DNA from: Dipteris shenzhenensis
Taxonomy: Eukaryota
Strand: one strand, 5' to 3'
DNA: 64,000 nt
Assembly: GCA_047967505.1 (NCBI GenBank)
Contig: CM106538.1
The notes below the pieces were generated by a model. That model made no database searches. It was not told the DNA's origin and saw only the letters and a program-made list of their open reading frames with translations. The position numbers were made by a program, and so were the translations under genes. This document shows, piece after piece, positions 1 through 11,210 of the stretch. Each line of letters opens with the position of its first letter. The first letter of the stretch is position 1.

Positions 1-1370
1 TGGGGTCCGCCTTCACTGCCTTCATTCCTTTCTTTCACTTGCGCTTATGAGCGGTATGGAACTGGCCCCTTGGTGGTTGACCTCCCTCTCTCCTGGCAAG
101 CTTGTTCAGCAAAGATCTTTTACTGGCAAGTATAATGGTAATCTTTGACTTTGCCCATTTCTTTATCTCGGGAGATTCATAGGGGGGAACTTATGATATC
201 ACGTGAGTATACAATAGTTTTTTTTTTTAAAATGAGGCATAAGCTTATATATTAGGGGTGGGGGCCCTTTTTATTTTTTTCTAATATTGAATTTAAGTTA
301 GGGGGCCATGCCATATTTAAGAGGGGGGAAAATAGTATAGGCTACCTTAGGTAACTAGTCCAAACAAGTTTTGGTTTTGTATATGGTTTTAAATAGTCAT
401 AGGAAAAGAAATCTAAAATTTCTTATTATGTAATCTAAATGCTTGAGAAAGAACATAGATTTAAGAAAAGGGGGGAACATAATAGAATTTTGGTGGTATC
501 TTATAAGCTTAAATAGGGGTGTTTTATCATTCTACATAGTTAATGCACGCAGGTGACGTCCCCCTTCAATGAAGAGTGAATCCCTTGGGTTCTCCATGAA
601 CTCAAGATTAGGGGGATTGGGATACCTAGAGCGTACAGTATTGATGGTATCATCAATCAACCTTTTTTGTTGCTCTTTGAATAGAAGAAAGCAATCTTAT
701 AGTTGTTAGCAACTACAGAGTGCATGAAGGCCATGATGTCCTTTCCCCGTGCATTCATCAAGATGTCTCCTGTCATAGTTATATCATAGAAGATCATACC
801 ATCACCCTATGGCACATCTGCATCATCTCAATCCTCCTCGCCTCCACCATTACTGTCAAATCACTGTGCCATGCATCCCCCAAAGCTCGCCCTGCTACTA
901 TGCCTACTGTCCTATCATGACGAGCTAGTACGCTAGGTACTCGTCTTTGGAGAAGAAACTAATGACCGCATGGGAGTACACTGGCGGCTCCGCAAGAAAG
1001 AAGGACCTCCTGACGACAGGGGAGAAGGAACTCCAGACCACCGCAAGGAAGAAGGGACTGTTGATGATTGCAGGGGAGAAGTGACTCCAAACCACAGGGA
1101 ATAAGGGACTCTTAATGATCGGGAAGAAGACTAGTAGTTCTGTCGTCTGCTGGGCTGTCTTGACTCCACAAGAGTAATCTCAGTTGGTGTGGGTATGGGG
1201 TGGTTTGGAGTCTCTACTGTCGACTCTTGGGGGGTATTTTGAGTACTCATCAAGTATGTATATAACTCTTGAGGAGTAGGAGGGTACCTCAAAATGTTAT
1301 ATAACTATTGTAATATGGCATCCCGAAGATCAGGCGAGACCCTTGAAGAGCTTCCTGGCCACATGATGAA
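1..1370 (-). pseudogene. CACTA accessory (TnpA/Ptta-En/Spm-like) gene, left arm of fold-back, decayed
   Basis: Colinear nucleotide homology to 25100-26060, e.g. GTGCATGAAGGCCATGATGTCC and CTTCCTGGCCACATGATGAACT. Interrupted by a MITE and by stops. Confidence 0.75.
167..589. mobile_element. MITE (CCCGRGGGATTCAC TIR family), 423 bp
   Basis: TIRs are CTCGGGAGATTCAT (167-180) and GTGAATCCCTTGGG (576-589). The 8-bp TSD is degenerate, TTCTTTAT/TTCTCCAT, and the empty site TTCTCTAT is seen in the opposite arm near 2960. It is a reverse-complement homolog of 47826-48393. Confidence 0.85.
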
Positions 1371-1593
1371 CTACAGAAAAGAAGAGAAGAAGATTTTCAT
1401 CATGCATGCAATCCCGTGATTTCCATCATGTATGCCCTCTTTCCATCATGCATGCAATCCTGTGATTTTCATTATGCATGCCCTCTTTCCATCATGCACG
1501 CAATCCCATGATTTCCATCATGCACGTAATCCTGTGATTTCCATCATGCATGCCCTCTTTCTTTATCTCGCTCTCATGCTGCAGTCTAATTTT

Positions 1594-1764
1594 TCTCATG
1601 CAATCACTTATTTCCATCATTCATGCAATCCTTTATTTTCTCACGGATGCTTAAGGCATTGAAAATTCGACTTTTAGCATCTAAAAGTCGAATTTTCAAT
1701 GCCTTAAGCATCCGTGAGAAAATAAAGGATTGCATGAATGATGGAAATAAGTGATTGCATGAGA
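1594..1764. repeat. Perfect 84-bp-arm inverted repeat with 3-nt spacer (CAT, 1678-1680), centre of the fold-back
   Basis: 1594-1677 is the exact reverse complement of 1681-1764. It sits within TTTCCATCATGCATGC-type repeats (~1395-1915). Confidence 0.95.
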
Positions 1765-1939
1765 TAAAGAAAGAGGGCATGAGAAAAATTGGATTGCAGC
1801 ATGAGGGCGAGATAAAGAAAGAGGGCATGCATGATGGAAATCATGGAATGCATGCATGATGGAAAGAGGGCATGCATGATGGAAATCACGAGATTGCATG
1901 AATGATGGAAATCTTCTTCTGTTCTTTTCTGCAGTCCAT

Positions 1940-3680
1940 CATGTGGCCAAGAAGCTCTTCAAGAGCCTCGCTTGATCTTTGGGATGCCGTATAATAGTAG
2001 TTACATAACATTTTGGGACACCCTCCCACTCCTCAAGAGTTATACACATACATGATGAGTACTCAAAACACCCCATAGGAGTCGATAGTACAGACTCCAA
2101 ACCAACCCATATCCACACCATCTCAGATTAATCCTGTGGAGTCGAGACAGCCCAGCAGACAGCAGAGCTGCCAGCCTTCTCTCCGATTATTAAGAGTCCC
2201 TTCTCCCTTGCAGTCTGGAGTCCCTTTTTCCCTACAAGCATCAGTAGTCCCTTCTCCCCTGAGGTGGTCTCTCGGGGGGTTCACTATGTATAAACCCTCT
2301 ATATCATGTGCGTTCAAGGCCTAATTCTAAAATCCCTTATCTGTAAATTTTCCATTAATAAAATATACCCCTTTTCTATACAAATCTCTAAATTTTTTCC
2401 AAAACTATTTTAAATAGTCCCTTATGTATATTTATTTCTATAAATTTTAGAAATAAAAAATATCCTTCTGTTGAACTCACGTGATAGGGTTACATATGAT
2501 GAGTGACCCCCCCGAGGGTGGTCTGGAGTCTCTTCTCCCCTGCCGTCAGGAGGCCCTTCTGCCTCACAGAGCCCCAAGTGAACTCTCATGGTCAGGAGTC
2601 CCTTCTCCAGAGATGAGTACCCAACGCACTAGCTCATCATAACAGGGCAGCAGACGTAGTAGCAGGGAGAGATATGGGAGGTGCATGGCACAATGCTTTG
2701 GGAGTAATGGTAGAGGCGAAGAGGATTCAGATGATGTAGACATGTCAGAGGGTGATGGTACAATCTTCTATGACATCACTGTGACATGAGGCATCTTGAT
2801 GGATGTACAGGGGAAGAACATCATGGCCTTCATACATTGTATAGTTGCTAATAACTACAAGATTGCTTTATTCCATTTAACGAGCAGCAAAAAAGATTGG
2901 CTGATGATACCATCAAATGCTGTATACTCTAGGTATCCCAATTCCCCCAATGTTGAGTTCATAGAGAAATGGACAAAGTCAAAGATTATCATCATACTTG
3001 CAAATAAAAGATCTTTGCTTAAGAGACAACAGGCACTAGTCAAGATTGCCAGAGAGGGAGGTCAATCACTAAAACCAGCCCCACACCACTCATAAGCGCA
3101 AGTGAAAGAAAGCAATCAAGGTAGTGAAGGAGGACCCCAATCTAAGGACCCCAGTCTACAACACGTGGAGGCACAAAGGATCTAAATGGAACAATATGAA
3201 GACATGCATTTTAGAGCAAGGGATATTGCATCATGGGAGGCCCAATTTGTAAGTATCGATCTTAAATTATATTGAGTTTATGTGGTTTATTATTGAGGTT
3301 GCTTCTTTGTACTAACCGCTCTGCAAATTGTGTCATCTTGTAGCTTGATATCATGGGTGGGTACTCTACTCCTATCGAGACAGCCTACCATCATGGACAT
3401 TGCAGATGACATACATGGAGGCACTTCTATGATGGGGGGTTGACTAATGAGGAGCACTATATCTGGGCTATTGGAGCGCCCCCTAGGTATTTAAAAGTAC
3501 TTAAATAATATCAATATTATAAATAAAGATTTAATTTTTCATACATTGATACATGTTGTCCCTCGTTTATAGACCCCTTGGGATATTTAGGTGGAAGAAG
3601 GTGAGGATATTGAGGAGAAAGAAGGCGATGAAGAAGGTGACGAAGAAGGCGATAAAGCAGATGACTTAGATTAGTCGTAG
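1940..3680 (+). pseudogene. CACTA accessory (TnpA/Ptta-En/Spm-like) gene, right arm of fold-back, decayed
   Basis: ORF 2796-3095 (MDVQGKNIMAFIHCIVANNYK...YSRYPNSPN...KWTKSKIIIILANKRS) matches ORF 24877-25563 of element C, with the same intron positions. Confidence 0.8.
2271..2516. mobile_element. MITE related to the CCCGRGGGATTCAC family, 246 bp
   Basis: TIRs are CTCGGGGGGTTCAC and GTGACCCCCCCGAG. There is a perfect 8-bp TSD GGTGGTCT (2263-2270, 2517-2524) and an AT-rich interior sharing CTCACGTGATA with the other copies. Confidence 0.9.
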
Positions 3681-4323
3681 AAGTAGTGCTAGAATTAGTG
3701 CTAGGTCCTCTTTTTTGCACTTGAAGCCATTGGCTTGGCTTCATGCCTCTCTTGTATATACACTTCTCTTATTTTTATACTTGAATCCACAGGTGGCTTG
3801 GCTTCATGTTATATGTATATACAAGCACTTTTTGGGCTATGAATTAATATACACTCCTTTTATTTTTCTGCATTCAATTTCCTTGTGCAATGTTCTATCA
3901 ATGAATTCCATGTGAACTAAATGTTTTGGAGTTGTAATATTTTATTTGGAATTATAATCGTCGGCTATAGACATTCATGGAATCGTGCTAATTAAAATGC
4001 GGTTGGCTGTAAGAATTGAATTGCACATTGTAGAAATGGGATTCGTACAATCACACAACATACATAGCATTCTGTTCAACCACAGAGAATTCTGTTTAAA
4101 AAATAATAATTCTATAGAGCGTCTATAAGTGTGTCTTTTTGTTTTGTTTTTTTAAAATTTCTATAAAGCATCTAATAATGCATCTATAGATGCGTTTGTC
4201 TATTATATAGACACGCATGTAGACATGGGTCTATAGACGTGCAAATAGATGCACCCGTAACTATTTTTAAAAATTAAGGAAATGCGTATGTATGTGCATA
4301 TATGGATGCATTGTGTTATTGTG

Positions 4324-4790
4324 TGAGCCAAGTCCAGCGTGCCAAACTCCAACTCTATACCGAGTTGATCTCCTATATCATCATCGTACTCTGGCATTGT
4401 ACGTTTACCTAAGACTTGATCTTGTAATTCCCCTTCTTCAATAAAAACAGGTCATTCTTAATCATCATCTTCTTCCTCAATATCGTGATCTCCATCTTCC
4501 TCCCGCATGATGTCATTATGTGCATCTTTCTCTTGGCTCATATTGTGATCTTCATCTTCTTCGCTAGATCCATTTGGATCAATTGGATCTAGCATTGTTG
4601 GTAGTGGCATCTCCATATCCACATCTCCATCTTCAAAAATCTATTTACTTCGTGGTGCAACTTGAATCACGTACCACCATCTTGGATTAGAATGATCCGG
4701 ATGAAAAGCCACCTATATTGAAGATGGGCGTCAAATGCCATCAATTATATGAATTTATGCTTAAATATTACGAAGATAAAGAATATCTGT
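4324..4790 (-). pseudogene. CACTA transposase 3' exon fragment (acidic tail)
   Basis: Reverse-complement homolog of 31880-32310 (FHPDHSNPRWWYVIQVAPR; EYDDDIGDQLGIELE...GTLDLA). Confidence 0.85.
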
Positions 4791-4799
4791 GATGACAAA

Positions 4800-5130
4800 T
4801 TTCTTCTCAAAAATAGCAATGAGATATTCCCATATTGCATGAGAAGAAGGAAAAATACATCCAATAAAAGAGAATCATGTAGAGCAGATAAAATATACCG
4901 AGACAAGCTGCTTTATCATGAGAACTCCAATCGGTAGAGTCAGATCTCCATTGCTCAAAGAGAGAGCCCTCAGTCACAAGAGCATGATTCGCAGTTGGAT
5001 CAATAGGTTGGGATGGACAAACGAGATCACCAAAAACAATATCAAAAAGATTATCGCCTTCAAGTATCAATAACATCTTCACTTTCCAACCAGAAAATCC
5101 TTGTTCTTAAAACAAAGGAACAGATTGTTG
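4800..5130 (-). pseudogene. Copia-like gag N-terminal fragment
   Basis: Translation WKVKMLLILEGDNLFDIVFG...W...DKAA resembles the Copia gag N-terminus (DUF4219/UBN2-type). No pol or paired LTR found. Confidence 0.55.
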
Positions 5131-6354
5131 GCCATAAGGAAAGCCGTTGACGATTATAGACATTGCCATCATGCCTTGGGAAAATACATGTGTGTCATAT
5201 CTCATGACAATGAATCAGAACGCAATTGTCGCTCTGACAAAATAGAACTCGAGATATGCCAAAAAGGGATAAAATATGTCACAGGAGTATGCTAGAAATA
5301 GCATACATGCAAAGAAAAGCACTATGAGCTCGAAACCAAGATATTTTTGGAGAAAAGCACTACGAGCGTGCCGATCATGAAACCAATACGTTCATCATGA
5401 AACTAAGATATTCTTGGAGAAAAGTGCTACGAGTGTGCCAATGATAAAGAAACCAAGACAAGAGTAGTCGGCACAAAAAATGATGTAACTTTCACTCCGA
5501 AGGCCGATCGGGGCATTTAATAGCTCAAAACAAAGAGCACAATGACCCTCAGAAAATGTTACTCCTAGTGTGATCAATATGGACCCCACCCACGCACATG
5601 AACTTCGACATTAAACTTTATCCAAACTGCATCTAGTGGGATGATCCCACTCGAAAGAGGAGGTGCTTTGTGTTTATTTCCCTACAAAAGAGAGAAAACA
5701 TACCATTTTGAGAAAATTAATTAGTGAAAGGAGGAGTTTGGAGAAGCAACATTCCAAAGGGTATGGATTGAGGAGATGAAGAGAAGCCTACAAACAAGGA
5801 GAAAGCATGAAAACAATAGGTAGAGCTTTCATACTCTTCTCTTTCATGATTGTTTTTCATGTATTGTTTCTTCCTTTAGAGAAAGGAAAGAAAAGGAAAT
5901 GAGGAGAGAAACTTTAGAGAAAGGAAGGGCTTAGGGGAAGTGAAATTAGAGGAAGGAAATCAAGAGAAGAGGTAGAAATAAAGACAAAGAAACCAAACAA
6001 ACTTGAAATAGAAGGGGAAGAGAGGAATTCTTACCTTGAGATGGAGAGGGAGTTGTAACAAGTCTTGTAGGTGCAGAGGAACAATGTAGGAGAGGATGGA
6101 AAGGTGGGAGCGGGAGGGAGGAGGCAGGTATGAGGAGGCAAGGGTTACGGCTGATCATAAGCTGAAAGAGAAAGTGAGAGAGAAGATCACACAAAAAAAT
6201 TGAATGGCTTTGCAGGTATAACAATGCGGGTTTCTGGTTCCCAGAATCCGTCGGTAGTACAAGCCTTGGTATGAAAGTGGGTATATAAAAGCAGAGCATT
6301 GATATTGACATCGATATTGTTGTCAATATATATTGATGCCCATACCAATTAAAT

Positions 6355-6600
6355 AGGGGTTTTAGGAGGTTTAGGGTTTTTGGGAGTTTAGGGATTAGGG
6401 TTTAGCGATTAGGATTTTTAGGGGGGCTTAGGAGACTTTGGGAGGTAAGTAGGTGTTTGAAGGGATTTAGGGGGGTTTAGGCCCTAGGGTGTTTAGGAAA
6501 AGAGAGGGATTAGGGGGTTTAAAGGAATTTGGGGGATTTGGATGTTTGGGTGTTTGACTTGACTTAGGGGGATGGTTTTGGATGTGTTTAGGTGGAGAGG
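6355..6600 (+). repeat. Degenerate telomere-like G-rich array (TTTAGGG variants)
   Basis: Runs such as GGTTTAGGGTTTTTGGGAGTTTAGGGATTAGGGTTTAGCGATTAGG. Confidence 0.6.
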
Positions 6601-6649
6601 ATGAGTAGTGACATAGGGGGCCACCTCCCGAGAGTTTGGTAAGAGGATG

Positions 6650-8260
6650 CTTATCAGAATATGTTAGAACTGCTATCTATAAGAGCAGTGGCATTGTAAG
6701 GTATGCTTACTATCATATCACCTTAGTTATATTTCATACAATTTTAAAATTATGATGGATATAAAATATTGAATCTTACAAGTGCATGTCGAATAGGTCA
6801 ATCTCACAAAAAGAGATCTCTGTATGAAGCATTGAGAGGGCTAAAGTGGACTCCATTGAAGCTCTATGCTTGCTTGAGAAGCACTTTCTCTCAAGAATTA
6901 TGATGATCACTTGCTTGTACACATAGTTCATGAGGTTGCCATTGCAGGCACTGTTCATAGTTGTTGGATGTCTTTCCTTGAACAGTTTATGAAAACCTCG
7001 AAGGGATCTATAAGGCAAAGATCTAGACCCAAAGCAAGCATGGTGGAGGAATGGCTTGTGTAAGAGTCATTAGTATACATCATAGAGTTTCTTGCATCCA
7101 TGGATCCTAATATGTTACATGCTTGGAACATCAAGGATGATGATCATGCCATTGCATAGGTTCCCCAAGGTAAAGGAGTTGCAAGAAAGATCAGCAAAGA
7201 GCAAAGAGAGAAATTCAATAAGTTTTGTGTCCTCAATAGTCCCGAGATGCAAAAATGGGTAGACAGATATGAAGAGACCAAAGCAAAAATAATAAATGAG
7301 AGGGTGAGATCTAGAGTCATGCACAGTCGGAGGGTGCCATATCCATCGGACCTTTCTCTTCTCCCTAAACACATGTCCCGTGATTGGCTACAAGAAGCTC
7401 TCCGTGAAGCCAGAGATAATGGAGAGGATATGGCTGATCAAGAGTAGAAGCTTGCAATTAGATGTATGCCACATGTAAGTTTTTAACCTTTCTACTTAAT
7501 TTCGGTATTTATGATCATAATCGCTACAAAATGCATCCTCATTGTTTTAATCATGAATGTTCTTTTGTAGTACACAAAGTACAGTGCATTGTGGTCACAT
7601 GAACGACATTTTTGAGTCAAATGCATCGATTCAAGGAGAGTCACATATATTATGGATTCACGGCTAGGTTTGTATAAGATAGTCGAGAAAGTGCTTTTGA
7701 TAGCAATATTCTCTCCTCACAGTTAGATTATTGTGGGACCATATGTGACATCTATGAAGTTGATTTTAAATAATTTAGAATTTTCATTCTTGATGTCAAA
7801 TGGTTAATAACTATCTACAATGGTCCCAATGCTACGGTTAGGAGAGACAGTTGTGGTTTTTTTGCCGTTGACTCCACCAACCCTGGACCAATGAAAGTGA
7901 ATTTTATTCTTCCAGAGCATTGTGAATAGGTACACACTAATGAATTGATTAAAAGCTAATATCTTTGTTTTCAAACAAATGTTGGTAGATGATCATAAAT
8001 ATATATTTTTTATACTTAAGCATAAATGAGCATAATTAGTAGCTACTAATTTGTATCTTCATGTATGTGGTCTTTCATCTGGATCGTTTGGATCCAAGAT
8101 AGTGGTACATGGTCCAAGTTTCTCCTTGAAGTGAGCAAATTTTTGAATATAGGAATGTGGATACAGAGATGCTGACAGAAGATCCAAATAATGATGCCGA
8201 TGGGTCTAGGAAAGATGATGATATGGGCCACGTAAAAGGTGACAATAATAACACTATAAT
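6650..8260 (+). pseudogene. CACTA transposase 3' half (DUF4218/DUF4216-type region), heavily decayed
   Basis: Colinear with 23630-23999 plus 30885-32050, including introns. Many stops and frameshifts. Confidence 0.85.
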
Positions 8261-8479
8261 GCAGGAAGGCTGTAGATGCAAGGCACCCATTCACCCAGTG
8301 CATTTTTGCTCCTGTGGGACATAGAGTACATGTATGGTCTCCTCACCATGCTTGTACAGAGGTCACAACAGCAAGAGTGGACTAGAAAGTGTAGCTTGGA
8401 GAGAGAGAGCAGCTCCGATAGGGGGAGAGAGAGGGAGAATGTATAGAGGGTGAAATTGAAGGTTGAGTGAAGCTCCAAG

Positions 8480-8760
8480 ACATGCTGTAGCTAGGAATGG
8501 AGGGAGAAAGAGTAGAGGGGGATGAGTAGCTACTCCAGGAGGTGTTGTAGCTAGGAATGGAGGGAGAAAGAGTAGAGGGGGATGAGCAGCCACTACAGGA
8601 GGTACTGAGAAAGAGTAGAGGGGGATGAGCAGCCACTACAGGAGGTACTGTAGCTAGGCATGGAGGAAGAAAGAGCAGAGGGGGATGAGTGGCTGCTACT
8701 GTAGGAGGTGGTGTAGCTAGGAATGGAGAGAGAATGAGCAGCTGCTATAGGAGGTGTTGG
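8480..8760. repeat. Tandem repeat, ~60-bp unit, 4-5 copies
   Basis: Unit GTAGCTAGGAATGGAGGGAGAAAGAGTAGAGGGGGATGAGCAGCCACTACAGGAGGT recurs. Confidence 0.85.
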
Positions 8761-9603
8761 AGAGGGAGAAACACGAGGGAGTAGAGAAGATGCCAAATGA
8801 GTTCCCACGTTTGAAAAATGGAGGGAGAATGGCGCTCGACTAGAGAAGAGGAGGGGGCAAGCCTGTAACAAGCTCAGAGGGGGGAAAAATTCGCCCAGAA
8901 GGGCCCACCACCTCTTGAATGACTTGGAGGTTTGTTTAGGGGAGGTGCATATGGGAGAAGGGTTGAGGGGGGGGGATGGTTTGAGTGGTCCTCGATACGT
9001 AAGAGGAGTAGCCAATAGGGGCTGTTTGTAGGTCTGCCCACCCTCCACCTCAACATGGCATTGCCCCACAAAAAGGAGCACTCCCATTGGTACACCTCAA
9101 ATACCGCACTAATCCCTTGAAATTAGGAAACACTAATTGGGTGCCCTTTGGAGACCCCAATTCTCCCCTAATGAATACAAGAATCGATGTCATTGTTGTT
9201 GGTAAACTATACTTGAGTGTCGATATGGGCGTCGGTGTAGGAATCGATATATACCAACATTGCAGTGTTGGTATAGGCGACATTTTTACAGAAGCTAAAA
9301 AAAAATTATGTGGGGCAGGATGGGGCTTGTTTCAGTCCCATCCTACCCTATATAAATTTTTTTCCATTAAAATCACAATTAAATGCGATACAAATGCAGA
9401 GGTGTACATTACAATTTTGCAATGAAAGTCAACAAAGTGATGTCAATATGCTACAAAAATGGCAAATACGTGGAAGTAATGTGTTAATGTGCTACAAAAT
9501 GGAAAAAGTGCCGAAATCCAAAATGGCAAATCTGCTGAGGTGCACAATCTACTACAAAATGGCAGAAGTGGCGAAATATTGAACCATTAAATATTGTCCT
9601 ATC

Positions 9604-11064
9604 CTACTCCTCGTCATCCTCATCCTCCTCACTCTCGTCACACTTGCTCTCTAGTTTGCATGTGGCCTCCTCACCCTTGGCCGGTCTATGTGTGCCTGAT
9701 CCCTTGCCCTCCTCCGCTGCATCTCGAGCAGATCCTGTCTCTCCGTCCGGATCTCCGGATGGGTCGAACATGCCTCCATAAGAATGAAACAAGTTAGAAA
9801 AACTAAGAGCGTTCATTGTAAGGCAATGGAGATAGTCAAACATTAACGATAAGGAATAGGGTATTCTCACATGACATGCCGTCACCCTTTCCCAATCGAT
9901 GTACACTTCTCTCTAGTTCTCCTTAAACCATGCCTTGGCTCCAATCTTGAAGGCCCTTCTATACTCCTCATTGTCTGGAGGCCTTCCAATCAAAGTTTTG
10001 TGGATCCAAATTCAATTAGTTAGATATGAATGTCAACACATTTGAATGATTGAACATAATAGAAATGCAATAGAAGATAAATATATACTTACCACTCATG
10101 CCTGGTTTGTTGAGTCTACCACCGCTCCCAAGGTGCGAAGGACCTACGGTCTTGAGGAATATCCTTGCTACCGCTACTAAGGCTCATACGCATGCATCTG
10201 GATTGTCCCTAAAAAAATTCTTTGCTTTCTTCCAATCCTTCAGGTCCGGCCAACCTACCTTTGACAACAACATCCCTTATCTCGTATTTATGAGACCTAA
10301 GGAAATGCCCGATGGAAGCAAGCATGGCATTTTTCTCAAACTCAAACTTTTTCTTGAGGGCCTCTATGTAGCCATCCTTGTCTTTATTGTCTAGTTATTT
10401 CTAAGATTTGTGTATATCTTTTGGAAAGTGGGTGCTCACCAATCCTCTCATGTATCTGGTGACCGCCTTCCCTGTCCTCGTCCTATATAACCTCCCCAAC
10501 GCTATTCGCTATGTAGAAAAGCTCCTCACACAAAACAAATTCCAAAGGATTCGCAGTGGATGGAGTAGTAGAGCTAGAGGGGGTGATGTGAGCACTTAAG
10601 GAGTGAGGAGTAACATAGGGAGTGGGCTCTGCGATACCGGTACCTTTGAGCAGAGAGGGCAAGGGACCTGACTGGTATTGCATCTCATGATGAAGTGGAG
10701 AACTGTAGGGATGTGAGTGTGCATACTCGTCTACATCCCTTGAGCCACCACAACAGCCTTCACCCTTACTAGTCTTCCTAGACCTACTATGGGTACCACA
10801 CCCAGTTGATGACCCCTTGGTCGAAGGGGCTATAGGGGATGGTTGTCGAGTAGGAAAATCCATCAATGGCCTTGATCTACCCTGACCGCAGGGTGTAGAA
10901 GAGGGAGTCATTGAGGTCCTCTGGGATAGCAAAGAGAAGAATCTTTTTTCCTCTGCATCGATCATGGATGTGACAGACTCATCAGGACTCCTGACAAAGC
11001 CATGGGCTGCTAGAAAAGGATTTTTCTGAGGGGTAATTGTAGTGTTAGGTCCGAGAGGAGTTGG
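9604..11064 (-). pseudogene. CACTA accessory gene of the A/B family
   Basis: Shares LAAHGFVRSPD, QYQSGPLPS and SHLGSGG motifs with 21531-23087 and has an acidic C-terminus. Confidence 0.75.
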
Positions 11065-11210
11065 TGTTGAGAGAGAAGAAGAAGAGATGATAGACACATC
11101 AAATAGACTCCCAAAGACTGATTCATATTGATCACAAGTTACACATACATAGGTGAGACCTAGTTCAAGTTAAGAAAAGCTATATATAGCTCTAACACCC
11201 CCACTCAAAC
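11065..11210 (-). mobile_element. Short (133-bp) 3' LTR with polypurine tract of a Copia/TRIM-like element
   Basis: The minus strand reads GTTTGAGTGGGGG|TGTTAGAG...TCTCAACA (LTR 11197 to 11065). The accessory gene resumes at 11064. No partner LTR is seen. Confidence 0.6.

Larger units (their letters stand above)
1..4323. mobile_element. Fold-back (palindromic) derivative D of the CACAA-ended CACTA family; left part runs off the window
   Basis: Bases 1-~1677 are the reverse complement of ~1681-3140. The right end ...TTGTGTTATTGTG (4323) resembles the termini of element C. TAGACGC/TAGATGC subterminal motifs lie at ~4110-4310. Both arms carry the C-type accessory gene. It is inserted in a CACTA transposase 3' exon (4324 onward). 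Confidence 0.8.

Noticed and set aside
5560-5620. PBS and LTR boundary for the gag fragment at 4800-5130
   Set aside because: No recognisable TGG-starting tRNA-complementary site or TG...CA boundary could be supported.
8271-9094. Possible solo LTR (TGTA...TACA)
   Set aside because: Flanks (AAGGC vs CCTCA) give no TSD and no PBS, PPT or second copy was found.
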